A DNA stretch of 63,671 bases, the filler included, from Octopus bimaculoides (Eukaryota): NCBI RefSeq assembly GCF_001194135.2. It is 7 parts of 7 records of this genome, joined end to end, with 100 filler letters (N's around TTAATTAATTAA, not from the genome) between each part and the next. Parts side by side here need not be neighbours in the genome. Positions count along the whole stretch, not along the records: positions 23,942 to 41,774 come from NW_026345656.1; positions 41,875 to 44,541 come from NW_026341311.1; positions 44,642 to 47,456 come from NC_068982.1; positions 47,557 to 53,147 come from NC_068988.1; 3 more parts are not named here. One strand, 5' to 3'. Positions 38,755 to 51,260 of the stretch are shown one piece after another. Every line of letters starts with the position of its first letter. Position 1 is the stretch's first letter. The notes beneath the pieces were generated by a model that was not told the origin of the DNA, ran no database searches, and saw only the letters and a program-made list of their open reading frames with translations. Position numbers and translations under genes: made by a program.

Positions 38755-38991
38755 GTATGCATGATCCCCTACACACACACACAAACATACACACACACAA
38801 ACACACACACACACAAACACACATACCACACGTGTGCGTAATTCGGGCGTTTGCAAGACGTCATCACTACACGTGACTTCCCAGTCCTGTGCAACTATGG
38901 AAAAAAAAACACATTAAAAGAAACCAAAAGAAAAAATACCTTTGCAACGCACACATAATACGAAATAGGACTTAGAGCGGCCCTTACTTAC

Positions 38992-39035
38992 CTGTATGAT
39001 TCTGCCATAGAAGCCAGGGGTTGGTTGATCGTGGG
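38992..39035 (-). CDS. Pax6: Pax6 exon after the homeobox exon; only the 3' 44 nt are visible, the 5' part (expected VWFSNRRAKWRREEK...) falls in gap 39036-39490
   Basis: Reads PTINQPLASMAESY(R), resembling the post-homeodomain segment of squid Pax6 as I recall it. Consensus donor CAG/gtaagt, phase 2, compatible with the exon at 34871. Confidence 0.85.
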
Positions 39036-39612
39036 NNNNNNNNNNNNNNNNNNNNNNNNNNNNNNNNNNNNNNNNNNNNNNNNNNNNNNNNNNNNNNNNN
39101 NNNNNNNNNNNNNNNNNNNNNNNNNNNNNNNNNNNNNNNNNNNNNNNNNNNNNNNNNNNNNNNNNNNNNNNNNNNNNNNNNNNNNNNNNNNNNNNNNNNN
39201 NNNNNNNNNNNNNNNNNNNNNNNNNNNNNNNNNNNNNNNNNNNNNNNNNNNNNNNNNNNNNNNNNNNNNNNNNNNNNNNNNNNNNNNNNNNNNNNNNNNN
39301 NNNNNNNNNNNNNNNNNNNNNNNNNNNNNNNNNNNNNNNNNNNNNNNNNNNNNNNNNNNNNNNNNNNNNNNNNNNNNNNNNNNNNNNNNNNNNNNNNNNN
39401 NNNNNNNNNNNNNNNNNNNNNNNNNNNNNNNNNNNNNNNNNNNNNNNNNNNNNNNNNNNNNNNNNNNNNNNNNNNNNNNNNNNNNNNNNNTTATATGCTA
39501 TTATATACACTAGATATTTATACATAATACATCGCTTTATACACCAAATATTATACATATATACATTTATTATATATACACTTGATATTTATGCATAACA
39601 CATCGCATTATA

Positions 39613-39652
<40 letters not shown>

Positions 39653-40101
39653 GTTGTATTATATTCAAAATGTATACCGTTCATATATTATGTTTGTGTG
39701 TGTATATATATATGTGTGTGTATATGTATGTGTGTATGTATGTATATGTATTTATATATATTAACAGCTGATTTATGTGTGGTGTTTTGAGTTATACATT
39801 TGCTATACATTACAAAATATAGACGCTCCGTGCGCGAGACACAATTGACGCCATATTCATGAAACATGTTGTGGCTCTCTCGTTTCTCTTACTTCTCTCT
39901 CTCTCTTTCTCTCATTTTTTCCTCTCACTCTTTCTCTCTCGCTCTCCCTTTATCTATTCGTCTATTTATCCCTATCTCTATCTCGGTCTTTCCCCCCCCC
40001 AAAAAAAATATATATATATATATAAGGCGCAATGTTAACGAACACAAGTGTACCGAACGAAAAATCTCCTTCATCAATATACACACCACCCGAGGCGAAA
40101 C

Positions 40102-40139
<38 letters not shown>

Positions 40140-40556
40140 TACATATATCAATCACAGCAACAACAACAACAACAACAATAGCAACAGCAGCAACCACAAC
40201 AAACTGTATGAACAACAATATGATGGTGATAACTTCATTTACAATGACATGCAAACTGTGCAGCCATCTTGAAAACATAACGCCCAAAGCCATTTTGTGA
40301 GATGCATTTCATCTAAGCTCGTTAAATTGTATAATAGAAAACGCGAAAAGGGGCACAGAATTAATAGCATAAATAATCGGGGTTTTATGTGTTTAAGGAC
40401 CTTGATGAAAACCTTAAACACTTATAGATCCTTTATTTTTATTTTCATATATATATGTTGTGGTTTTTTTGTATATATATATTATTTAATTTATTTTTAT
40501 ATTTAAGGTAGTAAGGTAAAAAGTAAATTGAAATATTGAAGCTTAATAGAAAAACG

Positions 40557-40615
<59 letters not shown>

Positions 40616-40972
40616 TGTGCTATAAGTTCAAGAAAAACTTTTCTGTNNNNNNNNNNNNNNNNNNNNNNNNNNNNNNNNNNNNNNNNNNNNNNNNNNNNNN
40701 NNNNNNNNNNNNNNNNNNNNNNNNNNNNNNNNNNNNNNNNNNNNNNNNNNNNNNNNNNNNNNNNNNNNNNNNNNNNNNNNNNNNNNNNNNNNNNNNNNNN
40801 NNNNNNNNNNNNNNNNNNNNNNNNNNNNNNNNNNNNNNNNNNNNNNNNNNNNNNNNNNNNNNNNNNNNNNNNNNNNNNNNNNNNNNNNNNNNNNNNNNNN
40901 NNNNNNNNNNNNNNNNNNNNNNNNNNNNNNNNNNNNNNNNNNNNNTATATATATATAAAATGTGCAAGTATG

Positions 40973-41112
40973 TAGTCGTGGCTGTGTGGTAAGAAGCTCG
41001 CTTCCCAACTACATGGTTCTAGGTTCAGTCCCACTGCGTAACATCTTCGACTGGTGTCTTCTACTATACCCACGGGCCGACAAAAGCCTTGTGAGTGGAT
41101 TTGATAGACGGA
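40973..41112 (+). mobile_element. SINE family B, head half
   Basis: gtggctgtgtggtaagaagctcgcttcccaact...ggttcagtcccactgcgt...aagccttgtgagtggatttgatagacgg. Confidence 0.88.
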
Positions 41113-41259
41113 CTCAAATCGAGTTCTAGGCTATGAACACTGTCGGATGTGTGTGCGTTTTGCTAGGTGTATGCGTAAGTATACATGTATATATATATAT
41201 GACGAAGTGCATGTATATGTACAGGTATATATAATATATATATATATCAATAAATGTCA

Positions 41260-41640
<381 letters not shown>

Positions 41641-41874
41641 TTGAATGTACTCAGAGTAGAAAAGAACATTACGTCACTATCTCTCCCAATGCATATACAC
41701 ACAGACACAGAGATATATGTGTGTCTGTATGTGTGTGTGTGTGTTTGTATTTGTATATATATATATATATATATNNNNNNNNNNNNNNNNNNNNNNNNNN
41801 NNNNNNNNNNNNNNNNNNTTAATTAATTAANNNNNNNNNNNNNNNNNNNNNNNNNNNNNNNNNNNNNNNNNNNN

Positions 41875-41906
<32 letters not shown>

Positions 41907-42357
41907 CTATATCAAAATAAGCAACAAAGATATCCAGAGGTAATGCAGTACGATTGTTTCATGCAACTCCATTTAATTGAACAATGCAATCATAACATCA
42001 ATTTAAAATGCAGAGCAATCCTAGAACACGACGACGAGGGCGACGATAACAACAACAATGATGATGACAATGACAGCAACAACGATGACGACTATGACTA
42101 CCTTCAACCATATCAAAATAGTGCCTCCATTTCCAACCCAATTCTTTTATAAACCACACCACCGTACTTGAAACAGTCAACAAACAAAGCATCACTGTGA
42201 CCCTAAATGTTCTTGATACATCACTCTAAATTAATCACTGACTAAAGGTTAACCAAATTAGATTCCACACAATTCACACTGACACAGCAGTCCCTCCTCT
42301 CTGTAAAACCGACCAAGATTCACTTTACACTATTTCCCACAAGTTAGTGAATTTCTT

Positions 42358-42580
42358 TCACTCCTTTACTTGTTTCAGTCATTTGACTGCAGCCATGCTG
42401 GAGCACTGCCTGTTAGTCAAGCAAATCGACCCCAGGACTTATTCTTTGTAAGCCTAGTACTTATTCTATGGGGGTCTTTGCCGAACCGCTAAATTATGGG
42501 GACGTAAACGCACCAGCATCGGTTTTCAAGCGATGTTGGGGGAACAAACACAGACACACAAACATACACACACATATATA
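42358..42580 (-). mobile_element. SINE family B, tail half running into a gap
   Basis: tttacttgtttcagtcatttgactgcagccatgctggagcac...gggacgtaaacgcaccagcatcggtt. Confidence 0.9.
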
Positions 42581-43595
42581 NNNNNNNNNNNNNNNNNNNN
42601 NNNNNNNNNNNNNNNNNNNNNNNNNNNNNNNNNNNNNNNNNNNNNNNNNNNNNNNNNNNNNNNNNNNNNNNNNNNNNNNNNNNNNNNNNNNNNNNNNNNN
42701 NNNNNNNNNNNNNNNNNNNNNNNNNNNNNNNNNNNNNNNNNNNNNNNNNNNNNNNNNNNNNNNNNNNNNNNNNNNNNNNNNNNNNNNNNNNNNNNNNNNN
42801 NNNNNNNNNNNNNNNNNNNNNNNNNNNNNNNNNNNNNNNNNNNNNNNNNNNNNNNNNNNNNNNNNNNNNNNNNNNNNNNNNNNNNNNNNNNNNNNNNNNN
42901 NNNNNNNNNNNNNNNNNNNNNNNNNNNNNNNNNNNNNNNNNNNNNNNNNNNNNNNNNNNNNNNNNNNNNNNNNNNNNNNNNNNNNNNNNNNNNNNNNNNN
43001 NNNNNNNNNNNNNNNNNNNNNNNNNNNNNNNNNNNNNNNNNNNNNNNNNNNNNNNNNNNNNNNNNNNNNNNNNNNNNNNNNNNNNNNNNNNNNNNNNNNN
43101 NNNNNNNNNNNNNNNNNNNNNNNNNNNNNNNNNNNNNNNNNNNNNNNNNNNNNNNNNNNNNNNNNNNNNNNNNNNNNNNNNNNNNNNNNNNNNNNNNNNN
43201 NNNNNNNNNNNNNNNNNNNNNNNNNNNNNNNNNNNNNNNNNNNNNNNNNNNNNNNNNNNNNNNNNNNNNNNNNNNNNNNNNNNNNNNNNNNNNNNNNNNN
43301 NNNNNNNNNNNNNNNNNNNNNNNNNNNNNNNNNNNNNNNNNNNNNNNNNNNNNNNNNNNNNNNNNNNNNNNNNNNNNNNNNNNNNNNNNNNNNNNNNNNN
43401 NNNNNNNNNNNNNNNNNNNNNNNNNNNNNNNNNNNNNNNNNNNNNNNNNNNNNNNNNNNNNNNNNNNNNNNNNNNNNNNNNNNNNNNNNNNNNNNNNNNN
43501 NNNNNNNNNNNNNNNNNNNNNNNNNNNNNNNNNNNNNNNNNNNNNNNNNNNNNNNNNNNNNNNNNATATATATATATATATAGGCATAGGAGTGG

Positions 43596-43985
43596 CTATA
43601 GGTGCAGGAGTGGCTGTGTGGTAAGTAGCCTGCTTACTAACCACATGGTTCCGGGTTCAGTCCCACTGCATGGCACGTTGGGCAAGTGTCTTCTACTATA
43701 GCTTCGGGCCAACCAAAGCCTTGTGAGTGGATTTGGTAGATGGAAACTGAAAGAAACCTGCCGTATATATATGTATGTATGTATTTGTGTGTCTGTGTTT
43801 GTCCCCCCACTGTTGCTTGACAACTGATATTGGTGTCTTTGTGTAACCGTAACTTAACGGTTCGGCAAAAGAGACCGATAGAATAAGTACTAGGTTTACA
43901 AAGAATAAGTTCTGGGGTTGATTTGTTCGACTGAAGGCGGTGCTACAGCATGGTCACAGTCAAAGGACTGAAACAAATGAATATA
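43596..43985 (+). mobile_element. SINE family B, full length (reference copy used here)
   Basis: tRNA-like head ggagtggctgtgtggtaagtagc...ccgggttcagtccca, internal microsatellite, tail gactgaaacaaatgaatataagagta. Confidence 0.93.
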
Positions 43986-45284
43986 AGAGTATATATGTAT
44001 GTGTATATGTGTGTGTGTCTCCTTGTTTGTGCTTGTCCTCATACACTGCGTGGCAACCTGTGAGGGTTTGTTTACATTCCTGCAACTTACCAGTTTGGCA
44101 TGAGAGACCAAAAGAATAAGTACCATGCTTGAACAAAAAACAAAAAAAAAAAATTCTGGGGTCGATTTGCACCTCCGAGATGGTGCCCCAGCCTGGCCGT
44201 GGTCTAATGACTGGGACAAATAAAACAAACAATAAAAAATTTCATCCTATTTTAATCTCTAATCTGTCTTTATCTTGCAAGCTATCTTATTTCGTGACTA
44301 AATAACACATTCCTCATTCTTGTTCTTTTTTGCATTCCAAAATTCCTGCGATACATTATTCGCTCCCACGCTACTTTCTACTCCTCTGCACCGCCATCTC
44401 TACATACCCCATTTCCTGGGTTATTTTCGATGCAATATTCTTGACAAATGATTTTTATGAACATTTGAAAAAAGAATTTCACTCAAGAAATGACAGCTAT
44501 TCATAATCTTGAAGTTTTAATGTGTTTTAAAGCCTATACATNNNNNNNNNNNNNNNNNNNNNNNNNNNNNNNNNNNNNNNNNNNNTTAATTAATTAANNN
44601 NNNNNNNNNNNNNNNNNNNNNNNNNNNNNNNNNNNNNNNNNCCGACTTAGCCCTTCATTCTTTCAGGGTCGATAAAATAAGTACCAGTTGAGAACTGGTG
44701 GTCAATGTAATCAACTTACCCCCTCCTCCAATCTTGTTGACCATGTGCCAAAATTTGAAGCCAGTATCAATGAGGAAATCTGAAGCTTTGATGCTATCTT
44801 TTAGTTTTTTTTTTTTAATAATCATCATCATCATCATCCAGTGTTTTAAATCCAGGTTTTGTCCCCGTTAACTGGATCTACCTCAAAGCCATAGCAACCG
44901 AGGTAGGCAGGTGCAGTCCACTCCAACTTTTGGGCTGGCTGGTGCCCATTCTCCTTTAATATCATGAGGCTTTTTTGGAACTGGATTTTCTATGGGGAGC
45001 ATGCCCTTCCTTACCCCCAACCTCAGTTTCTAGACACGAGTGGTCCCGAGACCAAGACCTCTACCACGATTTTTAAGAAATGTAGCGTAAAACTAACTCA
45101 GGAAGGCAAGGACACTACTCCCTGAGACCCATTTCAGAGTCCCTAACTAAATGAATTTTAATAAATACTTTATTCCTACCTTAGCAGCAGTTTTCTCTCT
45201 TTTTATGTTTTTCAAAACTATTGTAGAAAAGCCTCTGAAATTCAGTTTTCCCAAGACGCTATTAACTCTAGCTCCAGCTTCTTA

Positions 45285-45785
45285 ATATTGGTTTCAAATC
45301 TTAGCATAAGGCCAGCAATTTTAGGAGAGGGATTAGTCGATTATATCAACCCCAGTACTTAACTGGTTCTTAATTTATCAGCCTTAAAAGTTGGAAAGGC
45401 AAAGTCAACCTTGACAGACTTCAAACTCAGCATGTGAAATGCTTAACGAAATACCATTAAGCATTTTGTCCAGCGTGCCAACGAGTCTTCCACCACAATG
45501 CCTTCCTTTCTTCCTAATATAAACCCAATATACAATTATTGTTATCATCTTAAAAGGCACAGGAGGTGGCAAGGTGGTGAGCTGGCAGAATCGTTAGCAC
45601 ACCGGGCAAAATGCTTAGCGGTATTTCATCTGTCGCTACATTCTGAGTTCAAATTCCACCGAGGTTGACTTTGCCTTTCATCCTTTCAGGGTTGATTAAA
45701 TAAGTACCAGTGGAACACTGGAGTCGATGTAATCGACTATCCCCCTCCCACAAATTTCAGGCCTTGTGCCTATAGTAGAAAGGGT
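45285..45785. mobile_element. Two divergently oriented SINE family A copies (45285-45505 minus, 45570-45785 plus) just upstream of the PEBP exon
   Basis: Mutually reverse-complementary bodies. Confidence 0.88.
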
Positions 45786-45908
45786 TTTAAAAAGCACATG
45801 CATATGTCTTTTTTTTTTTTTTTTTTCCTTTTTTCTTATTGAATGAACTTTTGTTAAATTTACTCAATGTTTCTCTAAATAATTCCTAATTCTTTCTTTC
45901 CTTAAAAG

Positions 45909-46046
45909 ATGCTGATTTTCCAAGTCATTCCGACCAGAAAATGAGTGAATTCCAGCATTGGTTAATAGTTAACATCCCAGGAAATGATCTGAGCAGAGGT
46001 GATGTGTTGACTGAATACGTTGGTCCCTTACCAAACAAGGGCACTG
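45909..46046 (+). CDS. Internal exon of a phosphatidylethanolamine-binding protein (PEBP/RKIP family) gene, 138 nt
   Basis: Reads (D)ADFPSHSDQKMSEFQHWLIVNIPGNDLSRGDVLTEYVGPLPNKGT(G), aligning with the PEBP core DPDAPS...EWHHWLVVNIPG....G.VL..YVG..PP.GTG. Acceptor ttctttctttccttaaaag, donor CTG/gtaaat, phase 1-1. No other PEBP exon was found in the visible sequence. Confidence 0.9.
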
Positions 46047-46241
46047 GTAAATATATTTATGCTTTAACCCCTTTTCCTACCATATTCCTGTTAAAATGTA
46101 CCGCTTCAATTTCCATCAGTTCTAAAAATACTGAAAAATTTATGAAAATAATTTTGTTGCTATTAAGCTGATGTTTGCAACATGAATTAACATGAAATTT
46201 TAATGAAAGCTTTTAATTTAAATTAGTTTAAATCACTTTAA

Positions 46242-46726
46242 TCCTTTCAATACCAACCCACCTGAAACCACCTCTAGCTCTGTAATAAATGTCTTGTTTT
46301 CAAAAGTTCTGAATTAAAATCCTCCACCAAACCTTTGTCACAATTTATGTTCCTAACACTAGCTTAATGATAACTAAATTATTTTACTAAATTCTTTGTT
46401 ATATATAAAATTAATTGAAAGAAACACAGAGCATCTCAACAGAAATATGGTAACAAAAGGGTTAACAAATGATTAATTTAACCCTTTTGATACCAACCTG
46501 GCTCTGTAGTACATATGTCTTGTTTTCATAAGTTCTGAGTTAAAGTCTTCCACCAATCCTTTGTCACAATTTATGTTCCTAACACTAGCTTCTTTGTTAT
46601 ATTTAAAATTAACTGGAAGAAACACAGAGCATCTCAACAGAAATACAGTAACAAAAGGGTTAAATCAAAAATGTTTGTATCGTAGAACCAGTGGGGTTAG
46701 TTTCAGGTGGGTTGGTATCAGAAGGG
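46242..46726. mobile_element. Cluster of piggyBac-type MITEs (46242-46461, 46482-46659 and an inverted partial end 46690-46726)
   Basis: TTAA/ccctt...aaaggg/TTAA termini; the second copy is an internally deleted version of the first. Confidence 0.85.
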
Positions 46727-46859
46727 TTAATAACCTTTTGTTTTGTTTTTACTGTTTCCTCCACCTTCTTACATAGTGATGAAATTGCTATGTTCCTGTT
46801 TTTGTTTAGCTCAGATCAGCCTTGATTTTATAGAGCTACAAGGAAAGGCAATCCATCAT

Positions 46860-47456
46860 ATTTCTTACTTTTGGGTTAGTTGATTACATCATTGCCAGTA
46901 CTTTAGAGGTACTTAACTTATCAACCCCAAAGGATGAAAAGCAAAGTCGACCTCAGCAGAATTTGATCTCCCAACATAAACCTAGAAGAAATGTCGTTAA
47001 GCATTTTATCCACCCCTTTCTTTATTAATGAGAAGACAAAATAGAGGCTTCCCCACCACATAATTTTTCATTCTTTGCCATAATATTACTCTTTTACTTG
47101 TTTCAGTCATTTGACTGTGGTCATGCTGGAGCACTGCCTTTAGTCGAGCAAATCGACCCCAGGACTTATTCTTTGTAAGCCTAGTACTTATTCTTTCGGT
47201 CTCTTTTGCCGGATCGCTAAGTTACAAGGACGTAAACACACCAGCATCGGGGGGGACAAACACAGACACACAAACATATGGTTGGCGTTAGGAAGAGCAT
47301 CCAGCTGTAGAAACTCTACCAAATCAGATTGGAGCCTGGTGTAGCCATCTGGTTTCACGAGTCCTCAGTCAAATCGTCCAACCCATGGTAGCATGGAAAG
47401 CGGACGTTAAACGATGATGATGATATATTTTCGTGCGGGTGACACGTAAAAGCACC
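46860..47456. mobile_element. SINE A (46860-47010, minus), SINE B tail (47090-47277, minus) and RTE tail (47278-47456, plus)
   Basis: Direct homology to other copies; the RTE tail reads ggttggcgttaggaagagcatccagctgtagaaac...ggacgttaaacgatgatgatga. Confidence 0.88.
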
Positions 47457-47770
47457 NNNNNNNNNNNNNNNNNNNNNNNNNNNNNNNNNNNNNNNNNNNN
47501 TTAATTAATTAANNNNNNNNNNNNNNNNNNNNNNNNNNNNNNNNNNNNNNNNNNNNATATATGGGAGAATTTACGAAAAAAACAACAGACGAAGACAGGT
47601 GGTGTAAACAACAAATGGATGTATTAGTTAAGCGCTCGGGAATAGAGAAAGTCTTTGACGTTTCGAGCTACGCTCTTCAACTGAAAGGAACACAGAAAGA
47701 AATAAGGAGAGAAACAAGGAGAAATGTAGTGGTCAGTGATCTATCATGGCGAAGAAGGATGTGAAACAAA

Positions 47771-48715
47771 GCATTTGAGAAACACTGATTTAAACAAAAC
47801 TCTGTACTCCATTCTCTGCCTTTCATGGATCAGTGTATTTTTCCGGCAGTCTAGTACTAGAATCGAGGATATCAACTTACCCGCTCCCCGATTCGAGATT
47901 ACTGGCCTTCCAAAAAGTCAGAAACCAAACGGGAATAACACATCTCGATCCTACAATGACTGTCATGGAGTTGATGCAGGCAACTGTTACAATGAAGTCA
48001 CAAATTTATTTGGATCTGTCCAGAATTTGTACAATATATTTCATCGTAATATTTCGAATTCTACAGAAAAATTGCACAAGGGTTTCATTTCATAGTATTC
48101 GATGGTTAGAAAGAGTGTTTTGTTTAGATCAGTGTTTCTCAAATGTTTTGTTTCATATCTTTCCTCGATTTCTCAAAAGGTCGCATAGCATATCTTCCAG
48201 ATAGAAACTCTCAAATTCATGACTTTCACAGCTGACATTTCTGGCAATTAAGTCCTTGCTTACTCTGAATCTAACTCCGGAAACAATTTCAAGACATAAG
48301 AGGCATCTAACTTATTTAAACTTGAGTAGATTCTTATAGCATCCATTTGGACAAAATCTTAAGAGTAATTCACTGCCGTGAAATTATTTTTTAAGACAGG
48401 GACTGATGTTAAGGGTGAATAATTTGAAATCTTTATTGAACGAGTTAAAGTCTTTACATCAAAAACAGGGGACATTTTTAAAATAAAATTAAATTTGCGG
48501 CTAAATTAGAATTGGTTGGCAGCCATTGTAGGATCGAAATATGTTATTCCCGTTTGGTTTGTGACTTAGGTAGAAGGTCAGTAATCTCGAATCGGGGAGC
48601 GGGTAAGTCGATATCCTTGATTCTAGTACTAGACTGCCGGAGAAAACACTGATCCATGAAAGGCAAAGAATGAATGGAGTATAGTGTTTTGTTTAGATCA
48701 GTGTTTCTCAAATGC
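47771..48715. repeat. Long inverted repeat (arms 47771-47962 and 48520-48715, ~560-nt spacer)
   Basis: Arms align over ~190 nt with few mismatches, including ccggcagtctagtactagaatc and cttacccgctccccgattcgagattactg. Confidence 0.9.
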
Positions 48716-49489
48716 GGCTAAAAATTTACGAAACCCAAATGAACATTTCAATTAAAAGCAGATGGAAAAAATGCTCTCTAGTGAACGTGGGGAAAACATG
48801 CATTAATATCCTAGATATTAGTACTAAGCGAAAAGTCATCCCGTTACTCGGGTTTTGGCGTACCTTGACTTTGTATAAATTTCTATTGCATAATATAGTT
48901 TGTACATATACATACATGATGCCTTGGAGCAGCTGTCGTCTATTAAACTGAATATAGTAAATATTTCCTGCACACCAACGGTGAGACAAAAACGTAATAC
49001 CAAAGCTGACTGGTAGGATTAACTCGGTCATTAATCAACAGAAATAATTACTGCTCAGCACGTTACCAACTGTGCCTCCCTTACAGAGTTGGTAATAGAT
49101 TCACACTAAATTGTATTAAAATAATAATAATGATAATGGTTTCAAATTTTGGCACAAGGCCAGTAATTTTCGGGATATGGGGTTAGTTGCAAGATTATAT
49201 ATTTTATAATTTAAGGTTTGCCTGTTCGCAATATTTCTGGAGTGAAGTTTAAACAAAGTTTCGTATTATATATTTTAGAGGCTTAATAAGGTTTCTGGAT
49301 TACTTATCATTAGTCATGTTCATTGACCATTAGTCATATTGATGCATCATCTTGCAAGAAGCAAATCAATTCTATAAATGCTTTTTCCAGCACAACATAG
49401 CAGGTGAGCTATCTTAAACCTCGCAGAATAAAGTACATGCAATATACTTTATTCTACGCGATTTAAGATAGAGGTAATTTTTACCAAGT

Positions 49490-49803
49490 GAAGCCGCGTG
49501 GCGTAGCGATTAGTGTATTTGGCCAACGATCGTGAGTTCGATTCCTGGCGGTGCGTTGTGTCCTTCAGCAAGACACTTTATTTCAAGTTGCTCCAGTCCA
49601 TTCTGTTGGCAAAAATGAGTTGTACCTGTAATTCAAAGGGGCCAGCCTTGTCACATTCTGTGTCAAGCTGATTCTTCCTGGGAACTACGTTAAGAATACG
49701 CGTGTCTGTGTTGTACTCAACCGTTTATATGTTAATTTCACGAGCAGCTGTTCCGTTGATCGGATCAACTGGAACCCTCGTCGACGTAACCGACGGAGTG
49801 CCA
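49490..49803 (+). mobile_element. SINE family C, full length (reference copy used here)
   Basis: A-box gtggcgtagcgattag, B-box gagttcgattcc, central gtgtccttcagcaagacacttta, tail ggaaccctcgtcgacgtaaccgacggagtgcca. Confidence 0.92.
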
Positions 49804-50429
49804 ACAATTTTCATCATTTTTGATTCGATCCTCTCCAAATATTTCAAAACTTTTCACAACTACATCTTATTTCAATAACTTATTTGGATTTATGTGGAAA
49901 TATCATCAAATAGAAAATGATCAGATTGAACTTAATGCTAATCAATTGTATGAAATATATGATATCGATTATATATCAATTGATGCGAGCGATAATACAT
50001 TCCGTTTAAAAAATCGATGAATGAATCAAATATTTCTCTAAGCTCAAATACTCCACTTGAATGATGAAACTCACTGAGTTACATCTTAAAGAACTATTCT
50101 TTCATGTAGTTATTGCACTTCAAATTTTCTGCTGCCTACATGTTACAGCTGAATGAGCTGAAAAATCTTCAGTGTTTTAGCTCTTAATAAGAAAGTTATG
50201 AGGTCAGTGACGTGCCATGACAGGTTATTGAATCTGGAAATCTGAGCAGTCGAGTAATTCCTTGGAGGTGAACTTAATTATGCCGATTGTAATTGAGGTC
50301 TATGCTAGCGGTAAGGAGAGAAAAGTTGCCTTGTAATATTATGAATATAATAGTTTTGATCAAGTAAGATATATTTGGTTATATAACATTTTGAATTGAT
50401 TATTCTGTAATATTTTTACACATATTAAC

Positions 50430-50870
50430 AGGAGGTGACCTTGGTTACGTACGCCGTCACAGGTTGCGCGCTGATTAATAGTTTTACAGCTATTTAATAT
50501 ATATCTATTACAACGGGAGAAGCAAATCCATACTTTCGGACTACGCTTTGGAGAGCTGGATCGACGGACTGGTTAAACTGCTTGGGATCTGATTCGGTTT
50601 GGGGTTCCAGGCGAACAGGAACTGGGACGAGGTTACGAACAGAGTGGCCAGGCTCAACAAGAAATAGGCCGAGTGGAAGCTACCCTAGAGAAGTCAGTTA
50701 CGAGTAGCCAACACATATGCCTACGTTATCAAGGGTCGTCCACTTTTCATCTAACCATTTGGAGCATCTTACTCTTCCGATTCTTACGGAAAGGTCGCTT
50801 TCCACTGGTCAGAAGCTCTATCTGCTACCAATACCCTCAGTATACATCCTCGATGGTGAGGTACAATAAA
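50430..50870 (+). mobile_element. Tx1/L1-type LINE remnant (post-RT region)
   Basis: NWDEVTNRVARLNKK*AEWKLP and ILLFRFLRKGRFPLVRSSICYQYP match Tx1-like NW..V..RV.....W..R.LS and LFRFLWKG..PLV.R.IC.Q.P, with frameshifts. Confidence 0.75.
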
Positions 50871-51213
50871 ATATCAATTTTTTCGTGTGGGTAAGGGCTA
50901 AAAATCTCACTTCTCTAGTTTAAGTAGATGCCTGGGTACTGAGAGCTTTTAAATATGTAAATATGATTCTTTTCTCGGCTAAACATAACCTGCACTTTTA
51001 AATTTCTGTGTTTAAATGTAAATTAACGTTAAAAGCTTATGTCCATTGTAACCACAGTCACGAAAAATATATGAATTCTCTGCAGCCGTACCTGTATCAT
51101 TCCACAATCGGGAAGATTAGAAGGTGTTGATTAAAATGTGCCATGTATCTATCTTTCATCTTTTACTTGTATTTGATATTTTTTGTATATCGACTTGTCT
51201 AACTTGCTTGTCC

Positions 51214-51260
<47 letters not shown>

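Noticed and set aside
40240-40312. Possible insert exon between the homeobox exon and helix 3 (MKCISQNGFGRYVFKMAAQF...)
   Set aside because: No GT donor at a frame-preserving position before the stop.
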